Shown here: in pieces, positions 49,087 to 58,480 of the stretch
Layout of the letters: each line of letters starts with the position of its first letter
How positions within the stretch are numbered: the first letter of the stretch is position 1
Source of the DNA: Pseudomonadota bacterium
GTDB lineage: Bacteria; Desulfobacterota; Desulfobacteria; Desulfobacterales; JBDRRP01
Assembly: GCA_043825735.1 (NCBI GenBank)
Contig: JBDRRP010000027.1
Coordinates: forward strand, 1 to 64,000
Length of the DNA: 64,000 nucleotides
Direction of reading: 5' to 3'
Translations under genes and position numbers: made by a program
The notes under the pieces: generated by a model
Told to the model about the DNA's origin: nothing
Database searches by the model: none
What the model saw: only the letters and a program-made list of their open reading frames with translations

Positions 49087-50085
49087 CTACCAGGGGATGA
49101 ACTGGTAGAGCTTGGCGAACATCTCGTAAATCTCGATCCAGTTCTGCAAATCGCGGGTCGAGCGCATGTGCGCCCGCTTGTTGACCATGACCCAGCTCAT
49201 GTGCGCGGCGCCGTCCTTGCACGTGGTGCAATCGCGGGTTTCAGACGTGCAGCACCGGTGCATGGTTTTCAGATCAGACGCCCAGCGGATAAAATTGGTC
49301 AGCCGTTTGGGCTGGGGATCTCGAGCGTCCAGAGGCGCGGTCACCGACGGACACTCGGCCCAGCCGAACGGACGGCCCAGCATCTGTCCGGTGGTGATGA
49401 TCTCGTGGTAGTATTTTGAAGAGATCATCGTATCCGGATAGGCATCGAGCATGGCGTCCATTTCGCCGCGGACGGCGGCCAGTTCCGCGGCGTTCCAGTG
49501 AAACCCGTCGACCCCTTCGTCGTTGGAGAGCAGCTGCACGTGGACCTTGAGTCCGACGTCCCGGATTTTTTTGATGATCCGCTCGGTTTTCCCCAGTTGT
49601 TTGGGGGTAATGGTGTACAGGTAATAGGCATGTGAATCGCCGGCGTAGTGCTTGCTGGAGATGGAGAAGGCGTCTTTTCCGCGAAGTGTCTTTTCGTCCG
49701 TCTCGTCTCCCCACAGGGAGATGCCCACCATCAGATCGGGGAACCGGTCCCGGGGAACCTTGATCAGACCGTTGGTGGCGCAAAAGGTGGGCAGCCTTTG
49801 GTAGAAGGCCTCCACGCGATCCAGGCACAAAGTGGGCTCGCCGCCGATGAGGATGGCCAGGTTGACCCCGCGCGCCCTCTCGGCGTCCACAAAGGCTTCC
49901 CACCGGGCAGTGTCCATCTCTTCCTCGCCCACCCGGTGCTCATTGGAGGAAAAGAAAAAACAACCCTTGCAGCGCAAATTGCACCGGTTGGTCACATCAT
50001 ATATGGAGCTGCGGATGTTCAGCTTGGAGATTGTTTTGTAGCGGGTGTACCAATGGTCATCGAGCAGTGAACTGACGGTCTTCAT
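49087..50085 (-). CDS. Radical SAM protein
   Basis: CNLRCKGC, GGEP, C-terminal CC-x6-CxxC. Confidence 0.9.
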   Translation of the reverse strand: MKTVSSLLDDHWYTRYKTISKLNIRSSIYDVTNRCNLRCKGCFFFSSNEHRVGEEEMDTARWEAFVDAERARGVNLAILIGGEPTLCLDRVEAFYQRLPTFCATNGLIKVPRDRFPDLMVGISLWGDETDEKTLRGKDAFSISSKHYAGDSHAYYLYTITPKQLGKTERIIKKIRDVGLKVHVQLLSNDEGVDGFHWNAAELAAVRGEMDAMLDAYPDTMISSKYYHEIITTGQMLGRPFGWAECPSVTAPLDARDPQPKRLTNFIRWASDLKTMHRCCTSETRDCTTCKDGAAHMSWVMVNKRAHMRSTRDLQNWIEIYEMFAKLYQFIPW

Positions 50086-50088
50086 CCA

Positions 50089-51207
50089 TTACTCCTTGGG
50101 CCTGTTCGGCGGGGATACGGCCCCCTCGCAAAGGTTGGCGCCTTTTTCGTAGCCGGTGACCCATACGGCCAGATAGGTGTCCACGTAGTCGAGCCACGCC
50201 CGGAACTGTCCCGGGGCCACGGCGTGCCGGAACAGCCGCGCGGTAACGATGGCGCTGCCGGCAGCGTAATGTCGGCAGTCGTCGCAGTCGGTGTCCGGAA
50301 CGCAGCAGGCCGCGTCGCGGTCCCAGCTCAAATCGCTGCGATACTGCCGAAATGATCGGCCCAGCCCGATGTCCGTGGATGGATTACGGCGCGGGTATGC
50401 GCAGCTGAACAGGTCGTGGAGCCCCTTGGCGTGCGTGTGCGCGACGATATTGTAGTGAGAGAAAAGCACGGTCTCGGGGAATCGGTTGAGCAGATCCGTC
50501 ATGGTCCGCCGGACAGCCGCCAGCGAAGTCGCATCGTGGCACAGAGGGCCGCGATAGCCTACGGGCGCGGAAAACATGTTGAACGTGATCCTCGCGCCGG
50601 CCGCGGCCAGCGTTTCGGTGACATCTGCGGCCTGGTCGATGTTTTCTCGGGTAAAGGTGTAAACGAACACCGCGCGCGGATCGCCGCGGTAATTGTCGAC
50701 CTGCCGGCGCAGCATGTCCCGGGCGCCGCGCACCCGCCGACTGGTTTCGTCGCTGCCCCACACGGAGATGTGGAGCCGGTATCCGATATCGGTGGGAATT
50801 TTCACCAGGCCGTTGGTGGCAACGGCCCCCAGCGGAATTTCTTCGTAGCACACCCCGCAAATCTCAGGCACCAGTGACGGCTCGGCGCCCGCCAAGACCA
50901 CAAAAGTAATGCCGCGCGCGGTTTCCGCGCGCATCAGCGCCCGCCAGGCCTCTGGATCGCGGTTATCGACGGCGTGCTGTTTCTCCCCCTCGTAGTAATA
51001 ACACCCGTCACAGCGGATATTGCACCGCGTCGTCATGTCATAGGTGGATTCCCGGAGAAAGAAGTACTTGCGCACCCGGTTCCAACGATCACGGACCACC
51101 GGCTCGCCGATCAGCTCGGAGAACTTCCATTCCCGGCCGCACTCGGCACCTTCCGATGGCGAGGGCGGCATCGGGACGATTTGCTGTTTCTTCACATCCA
51201 TGGCCAT
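50089..51207 (-). CDS. Radical SAM protein, paralog of 49087..50085
   Basis: CNIRCDGC, GAEP, C-terminal CC-x5-CxxC. Confidence 0.9.
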   Translation of the reverse strand: MAMDVKKQQIVPMPPSPSEGAECGREWKFSELIGEPVVRDRWNRVRKYFFLRESTYDMTTRCNIRCDGCYYYEGEKQHAVDNRDPEAWRALMRAETARGITFVVLAGAEPSLVPEICGVCYEEIPLGAVATNGLVKIPTDIGYRLHISVWGSDETSRRVRGARDMLRRQVDNYRGDPRAVFVYTFTRENIDQAADVTETLAAAGARITFNMFSAPVGYRGPLCHDATSLAAVRRTMTDLLNRFPETVLFSHYNIVAHTHAKGLHDLFSCAYPRRNPSTDIGLGRSFRQYRSDLSWDRDAACCVPDTDCDDCRHYAAGSAIVTARLFRHAVAPGQFRAWLDYVDTYLAVWVTGYEKGANLCEGAVSPPNRPKE

Positions 51208-51213
51208 GATCGT

Positions 51214-51486
51214 TTACGCGGCCTGCTGCAACTTGCCGTGGAGATATTGGGCGATGAGGCTGATGGTCGTGAGCTTGGGGTAATCGTCCTCGTCGATCCT
51301 CACGCTGTATTCATCGCGCAGTACCAGGGCCACCGTGGCCAGATCCATGCTGTCGATACCCACCTCATCGACCAGGTCGATATCCGGATCAAATGTGTCT
51401 GCGGTGACGTCCTCGAGCCTGAGCTCGTCGATCATGATCTGTGCGATGCGCCGTTGAATCGATTCAATAGGGGTGTCTGATGCCAT
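51214..51486 (-). CDS. Acyl carrier protein
   Basis: GIDSMD; small and acidic. Confidence 0.9.
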   Translation of the reverse strand: MASDTPIESIQRRIAQIMIDELRLEDVTADTFDPDIDLVDEVGIDSMDLATVALVLRDEYSVRIDEDDYPKLTTISLIAQYLHGKLQQAA

Positions 51487-51556
51487 TTCAGGCCTTTCTG
51501 TGTTGATGGTTCGCCGTGCGCGCGATGTGCCCGCTGCTGCACGATTCTGACACATG

Positions 51557-51934
51557 TCAGGCAGGGTCGCTGTTCTCAACGACCATGGTGCCGGTGCACG
51601 CCGGCGCGTCTTGTGCCAAAATGCGAAACGAAAATGTGCCGGCGGCCTCCCGGGGACTCACGCTCACGGTGAGCCGTTCGCCGGGGACGATTTTTTGTTT
51701 GAACCGGATACGGCGGATCTCCGACACCCGGATATCCGATCCCAGTGCGCCGGCGATAACGTCCCGCACCATGGCCAACTGGGCGATGCCGGGGAGCACC
51801 GGAATCCCCGGAAAATGCCCGTCAAACCAGGCTGAGGAATCATCCGCCCAGACTTCGGCGGCCGTTTCCGCAGCGCGCCCGCCGGGTGGACCAACCACCA
51901 TGTGGTGCCATTTCCGGTGGATGCTGTCCGTCAT
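51557..51934 (-). CDS. FabZ/ApeI-like hotdog dehydratase
   Basis: WFDGHFPGIPVLPGIAQ, IRFKQKIVPG. Confidence 0.85.
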   Translation of the reverse strand: MTDSIHRKWHHMVVGPPGGRAAETAAEVWADDSSAWFDGHFPGIPVLPGIAQLAMVRDVIAGALGSDIRVSEIRRIRFKQKIVPGERLTVSVSPREAAGTFSFRILAQDAPACTGTMVVENSDPA

Positions 51935-53280
51935 CGGATAAGATACTCCCAAAGCGGTCCCGTATACCCTTTCTCGTACATTTTTGAAAGGATTGCAGCC
52001 GTCTCTTTCCCGCCGGCGCCAATCACCCAATTGGGACGGCCTGCCGCCCGCTGTTTCACGCGTGCGATCATGGCCCCGTCGTCGAGATGGGGCGAGCGAT
52101 AAAAAACTGGCGCCAGAAGGTTCTGATCGGCGGCGATCTGACCCTCCTCCAGTGCCAGTCCGTATAGCGCGGTATGAGGATAAATCCGCATGCCCGAAAA
52201 CAGAAATAAGACGGATTTCCGAAGCTTGTCAATACATGAAAGCGTCTCGTCCAGTGTCTGCACGCACTCGCCGGGCCCGCCCAGCAGAAAGTAGTGCGCC
52301 ACATGGAGACCGGCAGCCAGCGCCGCGCTGTGGGCCGCCTGGACATCACGGGCGCGAAACGGCTTTCGGTAGGCTTTGAGCACCGCATCTGACAGGGACT
52401 CGGTGCCGAACTCCACGTGCTTGAGCCCGGCCGCCGCAAGATGCTCGAAATACCCGGGAGCGATGTTGCCCGGAGAAAAGAAAGCGCCCCAGGGGATACT
52501 CAGGCCCTCGCGCCGGAACGCATCGGCCACGGCACGGTTGTGAGCCGTATCCATGTTGAAGACGGAATCGGTGACAAACAGGTACCGGGCCCCGGCGCGC
52601 TCCAGCGCGAGCGCCGTCCGTGCCACGGCAGAGGGGTCCTCCAGCCGCAGCCGGCGGCCCTCGATGTGCGGGTAAGTGCAGTAGATGCACCGATGGCGGC
52701 AGCCCCGCTTGGTCTGGAGGTTGAGCATGCCGCCGCGACAAAGGTAGAACTCCCGGTGATCACCCGGAGAAACGCTGTGGCGGGAAAACGCCGCCGCCCA
52801 CGGTGGCGGAAATGCCGCCGTGCCGCCGGGGCGGATCACTCCGGGGATGCCTTCCACCGGCAAACCGCCGGCAAGGGCGTCCAGCAGCAGCGGCAGGCGT
52901 TCTCCTTCACCGATGATGCCGAAGTCGGCCCCGAGAGCGGCCAGAAAGTCCTCGGGAAACAGCGTGAATCCGGAGCCGCCCACGACCACGATTGCCGAGG
53001 AGGCCTGCCGTACCGCGGCCACGATCTCCCGGGTGGTGCCGAGATAGGCCGCCGGATCGGTGGCGTCGGTGTTGTCCACGTTGCGGATTGAGATGCCCAC
53101 CACGTCGGGGACATAGCGCGTGACTGCGCTCTTAAGCGCCGCCAAGCCCCCCAGAACGTTCATATCGCAGATCCGGACATCATGGGAGGGGGCCACCGCG
53201 GCGGCCACGTAATCGAGTCCCACCGGATACACCGGGTACGGGATGGTGAGGGTGTTGGCCGAAATCAGCAGCACTCTCAT
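51931..53280 (-). CDS. B12-binding radical SAM protein (lipid-cluster type)
   Basis: PYPVYPVGL, GISIRNVDN, TKRGCRHRCIYC. Confidence 0.9.
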   Translation of the reverse strand: MRVLLISANTLTIPYPVYPVGLDYVAAAVAPSHDVRICDMNVLGGLAALKSAVTRYVPDVVGISIRNVDNTDATDPAAYLGTTREIVAAVRQASSAIVVVGGSGFTLFPEDFLAALGADFGIIGEGERLPLLLDALAGGLPVEGIPGVIRPGGTAAFPPPWAAAFSRHSVSPGDHREFYLCRGGMLNLQTKRGCRHRCIYCTYPHIEGRRLRLEDPSAVARTALALERAGARYLFVTDSVFNMDTAHNRAVADAFRREGLSIPWGAFFSPGNIAPGYFEHLAAAGLKHVEFGTESLSDAVLKAYRKPFRARDVQAAHSAALAAGLHVAHYFLLGGPGECVQTLDETLSCIDKLRKSVLFLFSGMRIYPHTALYGLALEEGQIAADQNLLAPVFYRSPHLDDGAMIARVKQRAAGRPNWVIGAGGKETAAILSKMYEKGYTGPLWEYLIR

Positions 53281-55427
53281 GGGGGGGTCACCTCCAGGGC
53301 CGTCAACACCTCGCCGAACCCGATGAGAAGAACGCCTTTGCCGGGTGCCGGGTCCCGGGTGACCATGCCGGCGGCCATGGCCGCGGCTGCCGCCGTCGCC
53401 GTGGCGAACTCACCGATCACGCGGCGGATGTCCACCACGGCCCCGTCGAAACCGGAGCGCTCAAGGAACCGGGTGAGCAGCGCATCGCCCCGGGGCCGCG
53501 CGGCGCCGGGAATGCCGGCCATGAGCACGGTGTAGCGCGCGCGAATCGCCGCCGCGCCGCCCAGTGCAGTGACAAGGACTGCAATGCCCGCTGCATCCGC
53601 CGGTTCCCGTTGAAAGAACAGGAGCCGGAGCCCCGCATCACGGCCCCCAGGGCGCCGACGGAGCAGCAGCGCACCGCCGCCGTCGGCCGGGCGGGATGCC
53701 GCGGCGGCAGGCGGATCGAGCAGACCCGTAAAAACCGGGTGGTATTCATCGGCGCCCATGACGAGCAACGGGGTATCCATAGCGCCGGAGAGCACCGCCG
53801 CACTCAGCAGCGCCTGCTCGAAGGACGTGTCGCCGCCGGAGGTGGTGACATTGGCGCCGGTCGCGTTCAGGTGCTGGGCCACGTGGCCGGCCGGCGCGTT
53901 GTGCACCGAGTTGATAAAATCAGTGGGGCTGGGAAACCGCTCATCGGTATCAAAGAGCCGGGTTAAAAAATCATAGGTCTCTGACTGCCCGCCCCAGCCC
54001 GTTGCGAAATACACCTGCCCCGGCATCTCGGCCAGAGCCGCGTCACGACGTGCGGCCGCGGCCAGCGCCAGTGCCATGCGGGGCAGCCGTTTGAGCCGCC
54101 GAACGACGGTCGGCGGCAGGCCTTCTGACAATCGCGCCGCATCCAACATTCCCAGGCAGTCATCTCCCCGATCCCAGGCTGCCAGGGTGTCATCGAGCCC
54201 ACCGGCGCCGGTAATACAGCTGCTGCCGGAAATCCAGAGCTGGGGCATCTCGGACAGACGGCAGCAATCGTGGCTGGCGGGGGCAGTGGGAGCGTCGCGC
54301 CGGCCCACGAGAAGGGCGGCATTGTTACCGCCGAAACCGAAGGAGTTGGACATGACGAGACCCACCTCACGCCTTTCCGGGCGGCCTTGAGGGGTAAATC
54401 CGATATCCGGATCAGGCTGGCGGCAGCCGATATTGGCCGGGATCAAGCCGTTTTCCACGCACAGCAGGGAAACCACCGCTTCAATGGCGCCGGCAGCGGC
54501 CAAAGGGTGTCCGGTGGCGCCTTTGATGGACGAAACCGTCGGCAGCACGCCGGCAAACAGCCGGCCGATGGCGGCGGCCTCTGCCCGGTCATTGTCAACG
54601 GTGCCGGTGCCGTGGAGGTTGATGTAATCCACGGCCTCGATCGATATCCCCGCATCGGTCAATGCGGCCTGCATCGCGGCCATGGCGCCGTCGCCGCCGG
54701 GGTGGGGCGTGGTGGGGTGATAGGCATCGCAGGATAGGCCGGCGCCCAGAATTTCCACCCCCGGCGGTTCGGACGCATCACTGGTGAGCAGCAGCATGGC
54801 GGCACCTTCGGCGACCGACATGCCGCGACGATTGGCGTCCATGGGCCGGGCCCCTTGAGGGTCGATGAGCTGGAGGGCATTGAACCCGTAATAGGTCATC
54901 CGGCAAAGACCGTCGGCACCGCCGGCGAGCACCCGCCGTGCCAGACCTGCCCGCAGCATGGCCGCCGCAATGGCAATGGCCACGGCCCCGGACGCGCATG
55001 CCGTTGACACGGTAATGACCGGCCCCCGGCAGTGAAACCGCCGGGCCAGGTCTTCACCCACCGTACCCACACCGTGGCAACGATAGCGGTCGCTGTCTTT
55101 ATTGCCTTCTTTCAGGAGCACTTCAGTGGTGGGCATGCCGCCCGTGGTGGTCCCGACCACAACGGCGTCCGGGGGCACCCGGCAGCCTGCCATCGCCTCA
55201 TCGGCCGCCACGCGCGCCAGTCGATGCGTTCGGGAAAGCGCGTCGGTGCCGCCGGCGAGTCCCTCGACCTCGCCCACAGGCAGCGGCGACCCCGCGGCCG
55301 GCTCAAAACAGGTGAGCGGCCTCAGACCGTTAGCGCCGGCTGTCAGCGCCGCCAGATGTTCGGCCAGACCGGCGCCCAGAGCGCTGACCAGGCCGGCTCC
55401 GGCGATATGAACGCGGTGCTTTACCAT
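53277..55427 (-). CDS. Ketosynthase fused to a C-terminal KS-N/chain-length-factor-like domain
   Basis: TACASG, HGTGT, KGATGH; second domain RRL.R, SPTDFINSVHN. Confidence 0.88.
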   Translation of the reverse strand: MVKHRVHIAGAGLVSALGAGLAEHLAALTAGANGLRPLTCFEPAAGSPLPVGEVEGLAGGTDALSRTHRLARVAADEAMAGCRVPPDAVVVGTTTGGMPTTEVLLKEGNKDSDRYRCHGVGTVGEDLARRFHCRGPVITVSTACASGAVAIAIAAAMLRAGLARRVLAGGADGLCRMTYYGFNALQLIDPQGARPMDANRRGMSVAEGAAMLLLTSDASEPPGVEILGAGLSCDAYHPTTPHPGGDGAMAAMQAALTDAGISIEAVDYINLHGTGTVDNDRAEAAAIGRLFAGVLPTVSSIKGATGHPLAAAGAIEAVVSLLCVENGLIPANIGCRQPDPDIGFTPQGRPERREVGLVMSNSFGFGGNNAALLVGRRDAPTAPASHDCCRLSEMPQLWISGSSCITGAGGLDDTLAAWDRGDDCLGMLDAARLSEGLPPTVVRRLKRLPRMALALAAAARRDAALAEMPGQVYFATGWGGQSETYDFLTRLFDTDERFPSPTDFINSVHNAPAGHVAQHLNATGANVTTSGGDTSFEQALLSAAVLSGAMDTPLLVMGADEYHPVFTGLLDPPAAAASRPADGGGALLLRRRPGGRDAGLRLLFFQREPADAAGIAVLVTALGGAAAIRARYTVLMAGIPGAARPRGDALLTRFLERSGFDGAVVDIRRVIGEFATATAAAAAMAAGMVTRDPAPGKGVLLIGFGEVLTALEVTPP

Positions 55428-55434
55428 TGACCGG

Positions 55435-55695
55435 CTAATTGGCCTCAGAGGCCCGGATATGATCGGCCAGCGCCCGCAGCGAGGCAAACACCCTGGCGCC
55501 CAGTTCCTTGTTGTCGATGACCACGCCGTAGTCTTTTTCGATCATCATCACCATTTCGAGTACATCGATGGAATCGATGCCGAGCGGGCCCCCCACGAGC
55601 TGTGCGTCGGGATCCATGTCATCGGGGGAAATGTCCTGCAGGTTGAGACAATCCACAATTTTGATCTTCAGGGTGTCGAGAAGCGCGTCAGTCAT
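55435..55695 (-). CDS. Acyl carrier protein
   Basis: LGIDSIDVLE. Confidence 0.92.
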   Translation of the reverse strand: MTDALLDTLKIKIVDCLNLQDISPDDMDPDAQLVGGPLGIDSIDVLEMVMMIEKDYGVVIDNKELGARVFASLRALADHIRASEAN

Positions 55696-55865
55696 AATTG
55701 GTCTCTCTGTTGATGGGCACTCAATTTGCACAGCGCCGGCGCGCTTTACAGCCCGCGGGAATTAGTGTAGGCCTCTTGCTGCCCGCGGGCGCCGGTTAAC
55801 GGCCTGTACTTATATGCCGCCCCCCGGCTTTTCAACGTTTTTCAGCACAATGCCCCCAGGTATCG

Positions 55866-56321
55866 ATGATAAAACCCGCTGTCGACATAGATGCGTTGCT
55901 GCCCCATCGTCGCCCCATGCGGCTCGTGGACGAAATCATCGAGGCCGATGAAACCCGTGCGGTAACCCGCTGCGTGGTTCAGGCGCACTGGCCCCTTGTC
56001 CGCGACGGCGCAGTGGACGCCATGATCATCGTCGAGCTGGTGGCACAGACATCGGGGATCAGCAACGGGCTGGAAAGGATCCGCACTCACGGCGCGGCAG
56101 CAGACAGGAAGGGATGGCTGGCCGGCATCAAGACGGCACGGTTTACCCGGCATCGCATCGCGGTGGACACCCCCATCATTGTCCAGGCAAAAAACGCCTT
56201 TTCCTTTGAAGGCTTCCGGGAAATTCGGGGAAGTGCCGAGATCGACGGGGAAACCGTCGCCGAGGTCATCCTTCAGGTTGTCCAGGCCGAGGCACCGGTG
56301 CAAGGAGAACACACACTATGA
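55866..56321 (+). CDS. ApeP-like hotdog dehydratase
   Basis: LLPHRRPMRLVD, ELVAQ, GWL.GI. Confidence 0.85.
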   Translation: MIKPAVDIDALLPHRRPMRLVDEIIEADETRAVTRCVVQAHWPLVRDGAVDAMIIVELVAQTSGISNGLERIRTHGAAADRKGWLAGIKTARFTRHRIAVDTPIIVQAKNAFSFEGFREIRGSAEIDGETVAEVILQVVQAEAPVQGEHTL

Positions 56322-57055
56322 CCCAAACCGCAGATCGCCCGGTGGCGCTGGTCACCGGCGGCAGCAGAGGCATCGGCCGCGCCATTTGCGTGGAGCTGGC
56401 CCAAACCGGCTACCACGTCATCATCAACTACCGCAGCGACGACGCCGGGGCGACGGAGACCCTGCGTCTGGTCAGGCAGACCGGTGCCGATGGTACGCCC
56501 GCCCCCTTTGACGTGGCCGACGGCCCACAGAGCCAGGCCGCTGTGGCCGACCTGCTGGCGCGTTTCGGCAGAATGGATGCCCTGGTCAACAATGCCGGCA
56601 TTACCGCCGATGGTCTGTTTATCATGATGGAGCCGGAAAACTGGCACCGGGTGATTCAGACCAGCCTGGACGGGTTCTACAACGTCACCCGGCCGGTACT
56701 TGAAAAAATGGTCCGCGCCAGAAAAGGGGCCGTGGTCTCCATCGCCTCGGTGGCGGGTGTGATGGGCAACCGCGGCCAGGCCAATTACTCCGCCGCCAAG
56801 GCCGGTCTGATCGGCGCCAGCCGCGCCGTGGCCAAGGAAGTGGGGCGCCTCGGCATCCGCATCAATGTGGTGGCCCCCGGGCTCATCGACACGGACATGA
56901 TCCAAGGCGCGCCGGTTGAAAACATCAAGCAGATGATCCCCATGGCACGGATCGGGCGCCCCGAAGAGGTGGCCACCGTGGTCAGATTTCTCTGCTCCGA
57001 GGATGCCGCCTACATCACCGGTCAGGTGATCGGGGTCAATGGCGGCATGGTCTAG
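56318..57055 (+). CDS. fabG: 3-oxoacyl-ACP reductase
   Basis: TGGSRGIG, NNAG, YSAAK, PG.IDT. Confidence 0.92.
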   Translation: MTQTADRPVALVTGGSRGIGRAICVELAQTGYHVIINYRSDDAGATETLRLVRQTGADGTPAPFDVADGPQSQAAVADLLARFGRMDALVNNAGITADGLFIMMEPENWHRVIQTSLDGFYNVTRPVLEKMVRARKGAVVSIASVAGVMGNRGQANYSAAKAGLIGASRAVAKEVGRLGIRINVVAPGLIDTDMIQGAPVENIKQMIPMARIGRPEEVATVVRFLCSEDAAYITGQVIGVNGGMV

Positions 57056-57104
57056 TGACCACGCATAATTAGTAGCTACTGCAATTCACCATTTATCGGT
57101 ATCT

Positions 57105-57806
57105 ATGATCATGATGTCTAGGACACGAGACGATCGCACCATGGGGCCGGGGCTGCCGAACACCGGCATGAACCGGCTCCCCGGATGCGCACTTAGTCGC
57201 CTAAGGGGCGCGGCATGGCTGATGATCACCTTGATGGCAGCCATGGCCGGGATCGGCTGGGCGGATAGCTGGGAGGCCATCCGGTCGGCCGCCAGGGGCA
57301 TCTCCACGGTGCAATCGCCGTTTACCCAGGAAAAACACCTGCGCATGCTGGCCGGGCCGCTGATCAGCAAGGGGCGGCTTGTCTTCCGGCGGCCCGGATC
57401 GCTCCGCTGGGAATACCTGGCGCCGATCCCCAGCGTGCTGCTCATGCACGGCGGCGCCATGCACCGCTTCCAGGAAATCGACGGCCGCTGGATCGAAGAT
57501 ACCGCCGGCGGGGTCAGCGCCATGCCGGTGGTGGCCGAAGAAATCACCCGGTGGCTCAACGGGCAGTTCGAGGGCAACCCCTATTTCACGGCGGCGCTCG
57601 CCCCCGGCAGCCGGGTCACCCTCACGCCCAAGGATCCTTCCATGGCACGGATCATCTCACAAATCGTGCTCGAGCTGGGGGATCGCCCCGGCATCATCAC
57701 GGCCGTGACCATCCACGAAAGCCCGACCTCCTATACCCGTATCCTCTTCGATTCCCCGCTCATCAACGCCCCCGTTGACGACGCGCTTTTCACGGAAGTG
57801 CCATGA
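57105..57806 (+). CDS. LolA-like carrier protein (start uncertain)
   Basis: FTQEK, G.LVF.RPG.LRWEY..P. Confidence 0.8.
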   Translation: MIMMSRTRDDRTMGPGLPNTGMNRLPGCALSRLRGAAWLMITLMAAMAGIGWADSWEAIRSAARGISTVQSPFTQEKHLRMLAGPLISKGRLVFRRPGSLRWEYLAPIPSVLLMHGGAMHRFQEIDGRWIEDTAGGVSAMPVVAEEITRWLNGQFEGNPYFTAALAPGSRVTLTPKDPSMARIISQIVLELGDRPGIITAVTIHESPTSYTRILFDSPLINAPVDDALFTEVP

Positions 57807-58465
57807 ACGGTGCCTTTCGTCTACTGGTCCTGCTGCCGGCCCTGCTGCTGGCAGGCTGCGCGGCGGCCCTGCCGCCCATCACCGCCGACACGGCGCCGGT
57901 TTCCTGCGCGGCGCCCTTTGTCAGCGGCCGCTGGCAGTTCACGCACACCGTGGCGATCACCGTCGCGGGTAAAACGCGCGGGGCACTGATCGGCGTCATC
58001 CGCGTCGACACCGCGGCGGCGGCCATCCACTGCGTGCTGATGACCGTGGAGGGGATGGTGGTCTTCGAGGCCAGTGACCTGGGCGGACTCACGGTGATCC
58101 GGGCGCTGCCGCCGTTCACCGGCGATGCTTACGCCAAGGGGTTGATGGACGACGTGCGCCTGACATTTTTGCCGCCCGAAGGCCCCCCCTCGGCTGTTGG
58201 TCGCACCCCGGAGGGCGACGCGGCCTGCCGGTTCGTGCAGCCCGGCGGCGGGGTGGTGGACATTATCGGGTTGGGTACGGCAGGCTGGACCATCCGGCGC
58301 TACGACAACCTCCGGCGGCTTGAAAAGGAGATCATGGCCACGGCGGGCGACGCGCCAACCCCGGCCATCGCCCGGCGGATGGTCCTCACCGACAACGGAC
58401 TGCCCGGCTACCGCCTTTCCATGAACCTCATCGATGCACGGCCGGTGCCGGGGGATACCCCGTAA
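57803..58465 (+). CDS. Lipoprotein (DUF3261-like)
   Basis: LAGC lipobox; cluster context. Confidence 0.65.
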   Translation: MNGAFRLLVLLPALLLAGCAAALPPITADTAPVSCAAPFVSGRWQFTHTVAITVAGKTRGALIGVIRVDTAAAAIHCVLMTVEGMVVFEASDLGGLTVIRALPPFTGDAYAKGLMDDVRLTFLPPEGPPSAVGRTPEGDAACRFVQPGGGVVDIIGLGTAGWTIRRYDNLRRLEKEIMATAGDAPTPAIARRMVLTDNGLPGYRLSMNLIDARPVPGDTP

Positions 58466-58480
58466 CCGCTGAAGGAACCA

